From: a virus
Direction: 5' to 3' (one strand)
DNA: 64,000 bases
Virus record (IMG/VR): IMGVR_UViG_3300028045_000007
Coordinates: 1 to 64,000 of that record
Part shown: one piece after another, positions 9,552 to 18,680 of the stretch
Position numbering within the stretch: the first letter of the stretch is position 1
Layout: the number at the start of each line of letters is the position of its first letter
Notes under the pieces: model-generated
What the model saw: only the letters and a program-made list of their open reading frames with translations
What the model was told of the DNA's origin: nothing
Database searches by the model: none
Program-made: the position numbers and the translations under genes

Positions 9552-9686
9552 TTATTCATTTTCGAGTTCCTTAGCAAGTGCAATTGCCATATCCCAGCCC
9601 TTCTGAGTGGGCTCGAAACGAGCAAAGGGCGAGAAGTAAAACGTATTCTTGGCGAAGTGCGGATCGATCATTTCTGAGATCTTCAT
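9552..9686 (-). CDS. 44-aa leaderless ORF, paralog of the C-terminus of 10382..10720
   Basis: MKISEMIDPHFAKNTFYFSPFARFEPTQKGWDMAIALAKELENE versus IDPHFAKNTYYFSPFARFEPTEHGWTMA; own promoter ending in TATACT. Confidence 0.65.
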   Translation of the reverse strand: MKISEMIDPHFAKNTFYFSPFARFEPTQKGWDMAIALAKELENE

Positions 9687-9736
9687 GACTCAGTATACCT
9701 CACGCAGCGGACGGGGCAAGTCTTTTTCAAGCGAAG

Positions 9737-9928
9737 TTATTCTTTTTCGAGCGTTGCTCTCAGCACTCCCTCAATGATATGCTGCTGGAAACGAACATCA
9801 ATGCCTTTGCGGTAGAGGTCGTCTACGATCTGGCGGGCAGAGAAGTCGGAGTCCATGTCGGTGGTGGCAAGCACGTTGCTGGTGATGGCGGCGATCTTGG
9901 CCACGATACGTTCTAATTCAGGATTCAT
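9737..9928 (-). CDS. Small hypothetical protein ending LEKE
   Basis: ORF track; member of the LEKE series. Confidence 0.6.
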   Translation of the reverse strand: MNPELERIVAKIAAITSNVLATTDMDSDFSARQIVDDLYRKGIDVRFQQHIIEGVLRATLEKE

Positions 9929-9950
9929 TGTATCACACTTAGTGTCTAAG

Positions 9951-10166
9951 TCAAGGCAGAACCCTGACTTCTTCCATCTTGAACTCCACTATTTCAAGCT
10001 CACGCCAATGGCCCGAAATGCGTAGGCACCGCTTACAGTGCTTGAAAGCAACGGTGGTGATACCCAGCGTTCCGTAGATGTCGCCAATGGGGCCGAAGGA
10101 GTGTTTACCTTTGGACTTATACTCTCCGGTGGCCTTGTCCCTGATCTTGTACGCTAGGATGGTCAT
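9951..10166 (-). CDS. Small hypothetical protein
   Basis: Starts at the ATG of a junction repeat. Confidence 0.65.
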   Translation of the reverse strand: MTILAYKIRDKATGEYKSKGKHSFGPIGDIYGTLGITTVAFKHCKRCLRISGHWRELEIVEFKMEEVRVLP

Positions 10167-10168
10167 GG

Positions 10169-10372
10169 TTATGCTCTATCTTTTTCAAGCCGTTCAAACT
10201 TCCTCAAGAGAGAAACAAGAACAGTATGTTCGTCGGAGCCCTCGGTCTCGATCTCTTCGGTGAGACGTGTGGTGATGCTGCTTGCGATAAGCTCTATCTC
10301 TTGGCGAGTGAGCTTGACGACGCGATTGCGGATCTTGTCGAGCTTGGTGGCCTTGAAGTCTTCGTATGACAT
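10169..10372 (-). CDS. Small hypothetical protein (ends LEKDRA)
   Basis: Bounded by junction repeats. Confidence 0.7.
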   Translation of the reverse strand: MSYEDFKATKLDKIRNRVVKLTRQEIELIASSITTRLTEEIETEGSDEHTVLVSLLRKFERLEKDRA

Positions 10373-10381
10373 GGTTATATC

Positions 10382-10720
10382 CTATTCCTTTTCAAGCTCC
10401 TCAGCAAGTATTCGTGCCATCGTCCAACCATGTTCAGTGGGTTCAAAACGGGCAAAAGGAGAGAAGTAGTACGTATTCTTGGCGAAGTGTGGATCGATGC
10501 TATCCTGCTCCTCTAGTTCTTTGAGGAAGCAGTCTCGATACACCAGGATCTTGTCGCCCTCATGGTTGTGGCAATCAGGGTAATTCACCATGACGACCAG
10601 GGTGGAGCCAATCTGAATCCATGTACGAATAGTGTAGTTGGACGGATCAGGATTGCCAGAAGGCCGGGACCGTTGTGGCTCGTCGTACGACGACGATGAT
10701 CCAAATATGTTTATTCCCAT
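10382..10720 (-). CDS. Hypothetical phage protein (ends ELEKE)
   Basis: Bounded by junction repeats; partial paralog at 9552..9686. Confidence 0.75.
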   Translation of the reverse strand: MGINIFGSSSSYDEPQRSRPSGNPDPSNYTIRTWIQIGSTLVVMVNYPDCHNHEGDKILVYRDCFLKELEEQDSIDPHFAKNTYYFSPFARFEPTEHGWTMARILAEELEKE

Positions 10721-10729
10721 GGTTATATC

Positions 10730-10921
10730 CTATTCTTTTTCAAGCTCGTCGTTCACTCCCCTAAAGAGAGAAAGAACTTCCTTAGAGAGAAGGAACAGAC
10801 TCTTGACTCTGGTGGGGTCTGCTCCGTGTGCGATTAGTTCGTCGCAAGTGACGCCTAGGCGGGTGAGGTCGAGGGCGGTGCAGGGCTTGTAGTTGAGGGC
10901 TCGGTGGTCGTATTCGGGCAT
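10730..10921 (-). CDS. Small hypothetical protein (ends ELEKE)
   Basis: Bounded by junction repeats. Confidence 0.7.
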   Translation of the reverse strand: MPEYDHRALNYKPCTALDLTRLGVTCDELIAHGADPTRVKSLFLLSKEVLSLFRGVNDELEKE

Positions 10922-10930
10922 GGTTATACC

Positions 10931-11083
10931 TTATTCTTTTTCAAGCTGAATCCAAGCAGTAGAAAGAGAACCACTACTAGAACGAAAGAGACCATACAGC
11001 CACCAACCACTCTTGGTGCGGAAGCCGGATTTGTGGTATTCGAGGATGGCTTTGATGATGGTGAGTTTGGTGTTATCTGACAT
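10931..11083 (-). CDS. Small hypothetical protein (ends QLEKE)
   Basis: GGAG RBS before MSDNTKL; ends in a junction repeat. Confidence 0.6.
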   Translation of the reverse strand: MSDNTKLTIIKAILEYHKSGFRTKSGWWLYGLFRSSSGSLSTAWIQLEKE

Positions 11084-11894
11084 AGCTCCGTATCCTGTGG
11101 GATAGTGTTTGCGATACACCTATACACACACTCTCACTAGTACTTATTAGCCCCTAACTACCTCGGCCCGAACGCTCCACCGATTTTAGTGCAGCTAGAA
11201 GCGGCTGCCGCCACCTCAAGGTGCATCAGAATCTTGCTGAGTCGCTCCGCTGCCTCAGTAGCTTCCTCCCAAGTCGGGGTCCCCACGTCGTGTTGGTCCA
11301 GCACTTTGATCCACTTCTCTAACTGTCTATGGATGATCTTCTTCATGAGGGCTTCAAATAGAGTTTACGAGGGGTCGCTGCAACCTTTCCAGGCCCGCTC
11401 TCCATGGTCGTACCAGAACCACCCCGATTGCGTCTTACAGTACCAATCGTTGAAGCGGGCTTTCCAGCAAACATCTATGACTGCCTCATCTGGAACCCTT
11501 ACCCCGTTCTTGGTCAGGAGCTTGTTGTAATCCTTCATGGCTCTATCATATCATATGGTTAGTGTTTGTCAAGATCAACTTAAAAAAGAAATTCACTTGA
11601 CAGTAGAGAGCCTTTGGTGTACTATGAATGTGCATGGGCACCAACGTGAATGGCCCCTGTACAGTTGGCCTCGCAAGCCTGTAAACGAGACAAAGATCGG
11701 CCCAAGGCGAAATGGGCGAAAATCACGTCTCATCCTGTTTTTTCCTGTTTTAAGTGGACAGGACTTGAAAAAGAGGGTATAATGGTGTGACTTGCCGACG
11801 GGCGAGTAAAGGTCTCCCCACTGGTGAAGCTAGCCAGGGTGGTAAATTCCCAGAGATCCGCGTGGTTTGCCGAGGCCACACTTACAACTTATGT

Positions 11895-11971
11895 CGCGGG
11901 GTAGAGCAGTCAGGCAGCTCGTCAGACCCATAATCTGGAGGTCGCTGGTTCGAATCCAGCTCCCGCTACCA
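11895..11971 (+). tRNA. tRNA-Met(CAT), initiator-like with altered anticodon arm
   Basis: CGCGGGGTAGAGCAG...GGTTCGAATCC...TCCCGCTACCA; unpaired C1/T72; anticodon arm TCAGA-CCCATAA-TCTGG. Confidence 0.92.
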
Positions 11972-12173
11972 CATAACCAGCCGTCACCCATGAGCCCGAC
12001 CGGCTGGTTGTTTCGAGGGGATTACAAAGAGTGGACAAACGCACCCGATTCTGCTGAATCAACCGGGTGCCTCCGAAAACCACAGCCGCAGGCAGGCGGA
12101 AGCGGTGATACAAGATGTCATCGCCCCCTCAGGAGCACCGGGATACGTCCTGGTGCTCCTTTTTCGTGTAATT

Positions 12174-12319
12174 GTAGCAGCATGGGGTCACCCCTTACTT
12201 AAGCCCATTCGCTAACTTCTGAACGAAGTAAGCGTCTGGGCTAATTTCGTAGCAGGGTAGGTTTTTCCCTTACTGTGTGCCATCCTTGAAATTGTAGCAG
12301 GGTGGCATTTGCCCTTACT
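12174..12319. repeat. Three 26-bp bipartite direct repeats GTAGCAG-N11-CCCTTACT
   Basis: Copies at 12174-12199, 12249-12274, 12294-12319. Confidence 0.8.
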
Positions 12320-12732
12320 TGGGGGCCGGGGCACACGCCTGTGGGTCAGGGTAATGTAAAATCCCGGCCCCCGAAGGGGGCCGCCCTCCGCTCAAGGCGG
12401 ATACTGGGGTCAGGCGGGCGGCAACTCCTGACGCCGATACTCTCATCCTTATCCGCGTTGCTTTGTTCTCGTTTTCAAGTCACCTCAGTATACTCTACTG
12501 AGCGTGGAAGTCAAGGAAAAGCCCGGTTTTCTTTACCGGGTGTGTCCGTGGTACTCCAGTGGCCACGGCTCTCTTTTCCTTTCGTTCATGCCATCACTAT
12601 ACTATATGGGAGCCGATTGTCAACTCGAAATAGAAAATTAGTTTGTTCTTGACTTCCGGCACCCGTACTGTATACTCTTGGCGAATCGAACGAAACGCCC
12701 CTGAGGGGCACAACACCGGAGACAATAGTAAT

Positions 12733-12945
12733 ATGAGCGAAGAAATCAAACGCACCGTGGGCCGTCCCGCTTCCTTCCCCGCCAACGTGGAAACCAAGGC
12801 TTTTCTGAAAAAGCTTCCGGTCGATGCCATTGCCATGGTGAGGGAACTGGCGGAACGTCGGGGGCAGAATCTCGACTTCACCCTGGATCAGATGATCCGG
12901 CGGTCCTTCAGAGAGGCGACCCGCAGCCGCTCGAAAAAGAGCTGA
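12733..12945 (+). CDS. Small putative DNA-binding protein (ribbon-helix-helix-like)
   Basis: GRP motif, short strand then two helices, basic tail; promoter at 12649. Confidence 0.5.
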   Translation: MSEEIKRTVGRPASFPANVETKAFLKKLPVDAIAMVRELAERRGQNLDFTLDQMIRRSFREATRSRSKKS

Positions 12946-13158
12946 TGTCCTGGGCAAAAGTCTGGTACGCATCCCTCCCTTTTTGGGCAATCGCCTGCCT
13001 GTATGCTGTCGAGCTATATTACAGGTACCACTGATCCATGGGCCACCCGATTACAGGTGGCCCATCTTTTTTCAGGAATGCAGTTGACTTCTCGCGATCG
13101 TACGGTATACTGACTGTGAATCGAACACAACGCAACTCAAGCAAAAGGACACAGAGCC

Positions 13159-14247
13159 ATGACCGATATCACTGGATTCTTCAACGCAAGGCAAGATGGC
13201 GACACGCACGCTAAAAGCCTCTTCACCGGGATCGGCGGCGACACCTCCGATACCATCATCTCCGACCTTCCGACCTTCCTGGAAGCCGCTGGCAGGGACT
13301 ACGGTATCCTCCGAAAGCCCGCCCTTGTGAATGATCCTTTCGGGGGAGTCGATGAGCACGGGAATATCGTTCCCGTCACCCGTGAGGTCGAAGGACAGTA
13401 TCACCTGACCCGTACCAATGATGGCCGGGTCGTCTCCCCTCACACTGTCACGGGGCAGTATGAGCCGCTGACCCTGCTCGATATCGCTGCTGAAATCCAG
13501 CCGTGGTGCGATGCCGGGTGGGTCACTCCCGATGCTGTCTACAGTGGCAAGAACGAATCCCTGGAGGTTCTCTGCCTCCGTATGGACGCCTCCGGAATGC
13601 TCCCGAACGGGGAACAATGGGATCACTATATCGTCTTCCGGAACCCGCACGGCTCCGGTGGCAAGGCCAAGGGAACCATTATCAGCTATAAGCCGGTATG
13701 TTCCAATACTTTCGGGGCTATCGGTCGCGGGATCGAATTCTCGGTGACTCACCGGATGTCCGCGAAAATGACCGAGGAAGAACGGCAGACCGTTATGGCC
13801 AAGCGGGTGGCGAAAGCGAAAGCCGCCTGGACTCAGGCCGACAAGTATATCGCCGGGCTCGCTCAGCGTATCAACGCCTGGAACGCCCAGCCCTTGACCG
13901 TGGTGCAAGCCGGTGCCCTGACCGATACCCTGCTCGGTATCAAGCCGGGAGCCGATCTCACGAACCGGGAGGAGGTTTCCAAGCAAGCCGCGAACAAGCG
14001 GGACGCGATCGTCCGAGGATTCTCAATGCCGCAATTCGGCACGAACGGTGCCACCCTGGGCGATTGGGTCAACGGTTTCACCTTCTGGAACTCCAGCCCG
14101 AATTCCGAAAGCGTGTCCAAGTCTCAAGTCGCCTCCGTGGATCGCATGATCCGGAACGTGGATCCGAACGGCTCCGGGTACAAGCTGGAAGCGAAAGCCC
14201 TCGAAATCGCTCGGCGTGTCCTGGACGGCACGATCACGCTGGCCTAA
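13159..14247 (+). CDS. DUF932-family protein
   Basis: YIVFRNPHGSG...PVCSNT...THR and the C-terminal W..NG.T.W pattern; own promoter. Confidence 0.75.
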   Translation: MTDITGFFNARQDGDTHAKSLFTGIGGDTSDTIISDLPTFLEAAGRDYGILRKPALVNDPFGGVDEHGNIVPVTREVEGQYHLTRTNDGRVVSPHTVTGQYEPLTLLDIAAEIQPWCDAGWVTPDAVYSGKNESLEVLCLRMDASGMLPNGEQWDHYIVFRNPHGSGGKAKGTIISYKPVCSNTFGAIGRGIEFSVTHRMSAKMTEEERQTVMAKRVAKAKAAWTQADKYIAGLAQRINAWNAQPLTVVQAGALTDTLLGIKPGADLTNREEVSKQAANKRDAIVRGFSMPQFGTNGATLGDWVNGFTFWNSSPNSESVSKSQVASVDRMIRNVDPNGSGYKLEAKALEIARRVLDGTITLA

Positions 14248-14630
14248 TCTTTACGCGGGCGGGGCTTGACAGCCCCGCCCCGTAAGGTATACTCTGGTAT
14301 GTCAAGACACACAATCGGAACCAAGCGAGGTTCCGTCCGGGGGGCTCCCCCCGATGTCTATGTAGGTTTCGGAGAATTCGACGAAACCGAGGAAGCCTGG
14401 GAGCCGACCATCCGGTTGGCAAAGAACATGGGAGCGTGGGTGCTCTGTATGATTCTCTCGGCTTTCCTGTTTGTGCTCATGGTAGCCTTTGGCTGGCTAC
14501 CTGACGATTTCCTAGATTGAGCCACGGGGCCGGTTCCGACCGGCCCCAATTATTTTTTCCTTTCCGCTTGACTTTCGAGTACCATGGGGTATACTGTCAC
14601 TGTTGAGGAGAGGAGATTGAAAACTCAGAT

Positions 14631-14825
14631 GGGGGGATAGCTCAATTGGTTAGAGCGGGTCGCCGCAAGGCGATGTCCTCAAGTCTTAGCCAGACTGTCG
14701 CACGGTTAGCTCCCGTGACGCATAGGAAAGCACCGGGGGGTTGCTCCCCTGAGAGACGAACAGGAATACAATATAACTCGAGGTTATTGTATCGGTTGCA
14801 GGTTCGAACCCTGCTCACCCCACCA
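14631..14825 (+). ncRNA. tRNA-shaped RNA with a ~135-nt structured insert replacing the anticodon arm
   Basis: 5' GGGGGGA-TA-GCTCAATTGGTTAGAGC; 3' GCAGG-TTCGAAC-CCTGC-TCACCCC-A-CCA; promoter TTGACT-N16-TATACT at 14568-14595. Confidence 0.8.
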
Positions 14826-15397
14826 CCTACAACCCTGTATAATTCTAGCAGCGTCACGCATACTAGTTACAGGGACCGATCGCGTCATGGTCTTCCTTCC
14901 GCCCTGCCAGAATGGCTCTGCCATTCTGACAGGGTGTTTTTTTCTATGTCCTCCCCACGGATCGGGATACTATTTCACAGTAGCAGTATATCACACCGGA
15001 GGCGGCTGTCAAGTCCTAAAACATAACTTTTACATTCCAGGTGCGGTGGTATGTGTAAAATCGGCCCCCTGAGGGGTCCAGGAGCCCGCGTGCCGCGTTT
15101 TTTCGCATAGCTCGCGATAGGCGTAGTCGCGTGACGGCCCAAACCTCGGCACAGAGCCGCACAGAGCGTCTCAGGGAAAAGCAAAAGAAATAAAGAAAGC
15201 ACTTGCCTTTCTCTCTCCATGCGGTATACTGCTGGCATGAATAAAGCATATTTCGTTGGGGCCGTGGGGCTCTCTCATACGCTACTGAGGCAGAAGCCGA
15301 GATAGCAAAAGACGGCGACCCCGATGGCTACTCTCTGATGGTCGAAGAAATAACGGAAACCGTTTGACTTCTCACGATTGTGGGGTATACTGAAACC

Positions 15398-16030
15398 ATG
15401 AAGGTAACGATCAAGCAACTCGAAACGGCAACGGGTACCCTCTCCAATCCCTCTAAAATGCCGGGTTTCGGCTACGGTATTCCGGCCCGCCATTGTATCA
15501 CGGGCGGTAGGCTTCGCAAGGTCGATTGCAGCGTATGCTCGCATTGCTACGGATGCAAGGGGCGATACGTATTCAAGAGCGTGGTAGCGGCTCAGGATCG
15601 CCGTTTCGCCTCCCTGGCAGACTTGGAAGTCTGGACTGCCAATATGACAGCCCTGATTTCGAGAAAACTCGAAAAGAAAGAGAAAGTCTTTCGCTGGCAT
15701 GATTCGGGCGATATCCAATCGGCGGAACATCTTTCCGCTATCGTGCAGATCGCTCGCAACCTTCCCGCGATTCAATTCTGGCTCCCGACGAAAGAATACG
15801 GTATTGTCCGTCGATGGCTCAGGAGCCACCGTATGCCTTCCAATCTCGTCATCCGGGTTTCGGCCCCGATGGTCGGCGAATCTCTCCAGGCCATTCCTGG
15901 CACCGTTTCGAGCACCGTGCAGACTGGAAAAGGTTTCGTATGTCCCGCCCCCGATCAGAATAACGAGTGTCAGGACTGCCGGGCTTGCTGGAATAAAAAC
16001 GTGAAATCAGTTGACTATCACAAGCAATAG
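15398..16030 (+). CDS. GP88-like Cys-rich phage protein
   Basis: LS.PSKMPG...C.TG..L...SVC..CY..KG.Y, FRWHDSGD, FWLPTKE, CPA..Q...C.DCRACW. Confidence 0.8.
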   Translation: MKVTIKQLETATGTLSNPSKMPGFGYGIPARHCITGGRLRKVDCSVCSHCYGCKGRYVFKSVVAAQDRRFASLADLEVWTANMTALISRKLEKKEKVFRWHDSGDIQSAEHLSAIVQIARNLPAIQFWLPTKEYGIVRRWLRSHRMPSNLVIRVSAPMVGESLQAIPGTVSSTVQTGKGFVCPAPDQNNECQDCRACWNKNVKSVDYHKQ

Positions 16031-16256
16031 GGTATACTGAAAGCACGTGGAAGCGAGGGGCCACTCGCCGCCACTAGGGTACACGGGCGAAATCCCAATC
16101 CCGCCGGTAGCCCCGTCAAGGTGAAATAATCCTGGCGGGGCTTGTTCTAGTCCCCTTGTAAGCTCGCTCACGGCCACGGGAAAAAATCAAGGTAGCTTAG
16201 CCACGCACGAAAAATGAAACGCCCGCACGCGGGCTCCCAGAGCGTCCGCTGTAATT

Positions 16257-16499
16257 GTGTTTTTCAAGTTGACAATACACAAACTTCCGTGTTACGGTAT
16301 CGTGGTCGAAGTCAATGATGTCGGCTATTGTGGCACCATCATGCCGGGGCAACTCACTCACCACATTTTCGAGGGGATCACCAGCATGGTCCTGGCTCAC
16401 GCTATTGCGGGAGTGGACATCGAGGACCCGAGGTATCTGGAGGGGATCGAAACCGCTGTAGAAAACGTTGAAGGATTACTTGACGAATCACGATCCTGA
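16257..16499 (+). CDS. Hypothetical protein
   Basis: ORF track; same strand as its neighbours. Confidence 0.5.
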   Translation: MFFKLTIHKLPCYGIVVEVNDVGYCGTIMPGQLTHHIFEGITSMVLAHAIAGVDIEDPRYLEGIETAVENVEGLLDESRS

Positions 16500-16513
16500 G
16501 GTATACTGAGGAC

Positions 16514-16738
16514 ATGGAAACAACAACACTCGCACCCGGGATCTACACGCTTTTCGTGCTGTATGAAAACGGCATCTGGGAACAGCCCCTCTATCGTATC
16601 GAGGGAGAGGGATGGACCGAGCACGCTATCGAGGCAATCGCTATCAATGCGAACCGCAAGATATTCTACGCTTGCGGAGTTCAGGAAGACCGCGACGCTG
16701 ACGAAGACCTTGCTGAGAACCTTGGAGAGTGCCCCTGA
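16514..16738 (+). CDS. Small leaderless hypothetical protein
   Basis: ATG a few nt after TATACT. Confidence 0.65.
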   Translation: METTTLAPGIYTLFVLYENGIWEQPLYRIEGEGWTEHAIEAIAINANRKIFYACGVQEDRDADEDLAENLGECP

Positions 16739-17250
16739 TGCAATGCACGCAACGCAAGAACACGATAGGCACCTACCGGAAGCTCAAGCGGCTCATCCTC
16801 CCGGGGGCCATGGTCCTAGACTATGGCTCTGGCTATGGCCTAGGGGCAACGTTGCTCCATGCGGACGCTTTCGAGCCCAATGCACGTGAGGGAGTATGGC
16901 CCACCTACACTCAGCCCCATCACATTCCCGCGAGTCTGTACGACGTGGTGGTATGTAACTGCGTGCTAAACGTGGTGGACAAGTGGGAGGATCGGGTGGA
17001 GATCATGAACCATATCGTGCGTGCCCTCAAGCCGGGTGGGTGTGCATACATCATGGCACGCTCGCATAGGGACGTGGGCGATATCAAGCACAAAACAGCA
17101 GAGGGAGACGGCTGGAGACTGAAGAACGGTGCTTTCCAGCGTGGATACGGTCGTGACGAGCTAAGGGGCTTCCTGGTGCCCTTCGGTGAGGTGACGCGGA
17201 TTTTCCGCATCAATAGTATCGGATTCTGCTTGACAACTCCTACTCCGTAG
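16738..17250 (+). CDS. Class I SAM-dependent methyltransferase
   Basis: VLDYGSGYG, YDVVVCNCVLNVV, LKPGG, FQRG. Confidence 0.85.
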   Translation: MQCTQRKNTIGTYRKLKRLILPGAMVLDYGSGYGLGATLLHADAFEPNAREGVWPTYTQPHHIPASLYDVVVCNCVLNVVDKWEDRVEIMNHIVRALKPGGCAYIMARSHRDVGDIKHKTAEGDGWRLKNGAFQRGYGRDELRGFLVPFGEVTRIFRINSIGFCLTTPTP

Positions 17251-17681
17251 GATACAATGAGAGCATGAAGCTCGTTCCGAAAACCCGCAAAGGGAAGAAC
17301 AGGCTCCACGAAGCGGGGACGGACGAGTGGCGTATCGTGAGACGGAGTGATTCCGTGATATGCTTCAACGGCAAGCCGGGCATCCTAATCGAGCCCGTGC
17401 TAGAGGATAGAACCAAAGCGGACAATAAGAGTCGCTGGGTCCTCGCTGACAATGATCCGGATTTTACGTGGGCCTAACGGCTCGCAGAACCATGGTACTC
17501 TATGAGATTTGGGACGGGAACCGTTATCGGTCAACCGTCATGCCCTCGGAAGACCTCGATGAGGTTATCAGCGAGGAAGGGAGACGATGCAATCGGCTCC
17601 ACGTGGTCAAGGTGGAAAACGGGAAAAGGAGCGATCTGGTTCCCGTCCGTCACGAGGACTATTCAGACGAGGAATACGGCG

Positions 17682-17981
17682 ATGAAGCTCGCAACTGAGT
17701 GGCTTTTCAAGCGGCCCGCACGTGCCCTCAAGATCTATTTCGGTGGTGGTAGAAAGGATGCCATCATCGAGAAATGCATCGACTGTGTAGGCACGAGCCA
17801 GGAAGCCAAGCTCTGCCCGTGCGTGGATTGCACGCTCTGGCCGTTCCGTCCTGGTGCTACCAAGGGCGAGGTTCCGGACCACGTGCCCTCACGTGAGGAG
17901 CTGGAAAGGCTCGCGGGCGAGAAGGTGCCCGATGCCGTGCGGGAGAACGCCCGCAAGATGGGCAACGCCCGGAAAGAGTGA
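17682..17981 (+). CDS. Cys-rich hypothetical protein
   Basis: AI..KC.DC...CPC..C.LWPFRP pattern. Confidence 0.7.
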   Translation: MKLATEWLFKRPARALKIYFGGGRKDAIIEKCIDCVGTSQEAKLCPCVDCTLWPFRPGATKGEVPDHVPSREELERLAGEKVPDAVRENARKMGNARKE

Positions 17982-18338
17982 GGTTTCTCACAATTCTATT
18001 TGACTATGCTCCGCTTTTGTTGTACTATGTACATATGAAGCGGAGCAAAGCCAAACGAAAGCCCAAGTCGGCAGAGAAAGCCCAGCGTGGTGCTGGTGCT
18101 GCTGCAAACGCTACCAAGGGCAGGGCTCGCACCTTCCGCAACCGCAAACGTGAGGCTGCACGTAAAGCGTGCAGGGGCAACCGATGATGCAAGCATGGAA
18201 CGTCTATCGTCCGAGCCACTATGGGAACCTGCGTCACATTGACACGGTATTCTATACAGCCGACTGCGATGCGGAGTGGGTCAAGGACACCCTTGTCAGT
18301 CATGACGGCTATCGTCCTGATATCATAGTGAGGAAGGC

Positions 18339-18680
18339 ATGAAGTATCCCGCAGTACGCCGCTACATGGGTCTTCGTGCTCGATACGCCGAAGAGGATTG
18401 CCCCCGGTGTGACGATCCTGGCTCTGGTATGTGGCTCGATACTCACCACAAGGCATGGATATGCACACGGTGCAAGCGTGCTAGTAGATACCACCTACAC
18501 AAAGCGAGCAGGAACTATCAGGGCAACCCCTATCAGGGGTCGTCCAATGATAACCAGCGGGCCGAGTGTGCCACCCTGGAGGAAGCCCGTGCCCTACAGT
18601 TGAAGCTGAGTAGGCGGAACGGTGTGGGCTGGCGGATCTACGATGCTGATACCCTTGAAGAAGTCGCGGGTCCTATTTGA
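18339..18680 (+). CDS. Zinc-ribbon hypothetical protein
   Basis: CPRC...CTRC. Confidence 0.6.
   Translation: MKYPAVRRYMGLRARYAEEDCPRCDDPGSGMWLDTHHKAWICTRCKRASRYHLHKASRNYQGNPYQGSSNDNQRAECATLEEARALQLKLSRRNGVGWRIYDADTLEEVAGPI

Larger units (their letters stand above)
10164..10947 (-). repeat. Four ~27-30 bp gene-junction repeats GCTTGAAAA(A/G)GAATAGGATATAACCATG
   Basis: Copies at 10164-10189 (variant), 10370-10399, 10718-10747, 10919-10947; each holds the last codons and stop of one gene and the ATG of the next. Confidence 0.85.

Noticed and set aside
10164-10947. Junction repeat as a TTGAAA/TATAAC promoter
   Set aside because: Only 10 bp separate the two hexamers.
14745-14765. Hammerhead ribozyme core (CTGAGAGACGAAA)
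   Set aside because: Does not fit CUGANGA, and no stem II or supporting helices are evident.
14631-14825. tmRNA or group I intron-containing tRNA
   Set aside because: Has a full D stem, no G3-U70 pair, no tag ORF, no recognisable group I core, and I could not reconstruct an anticodon arm from the flanks.
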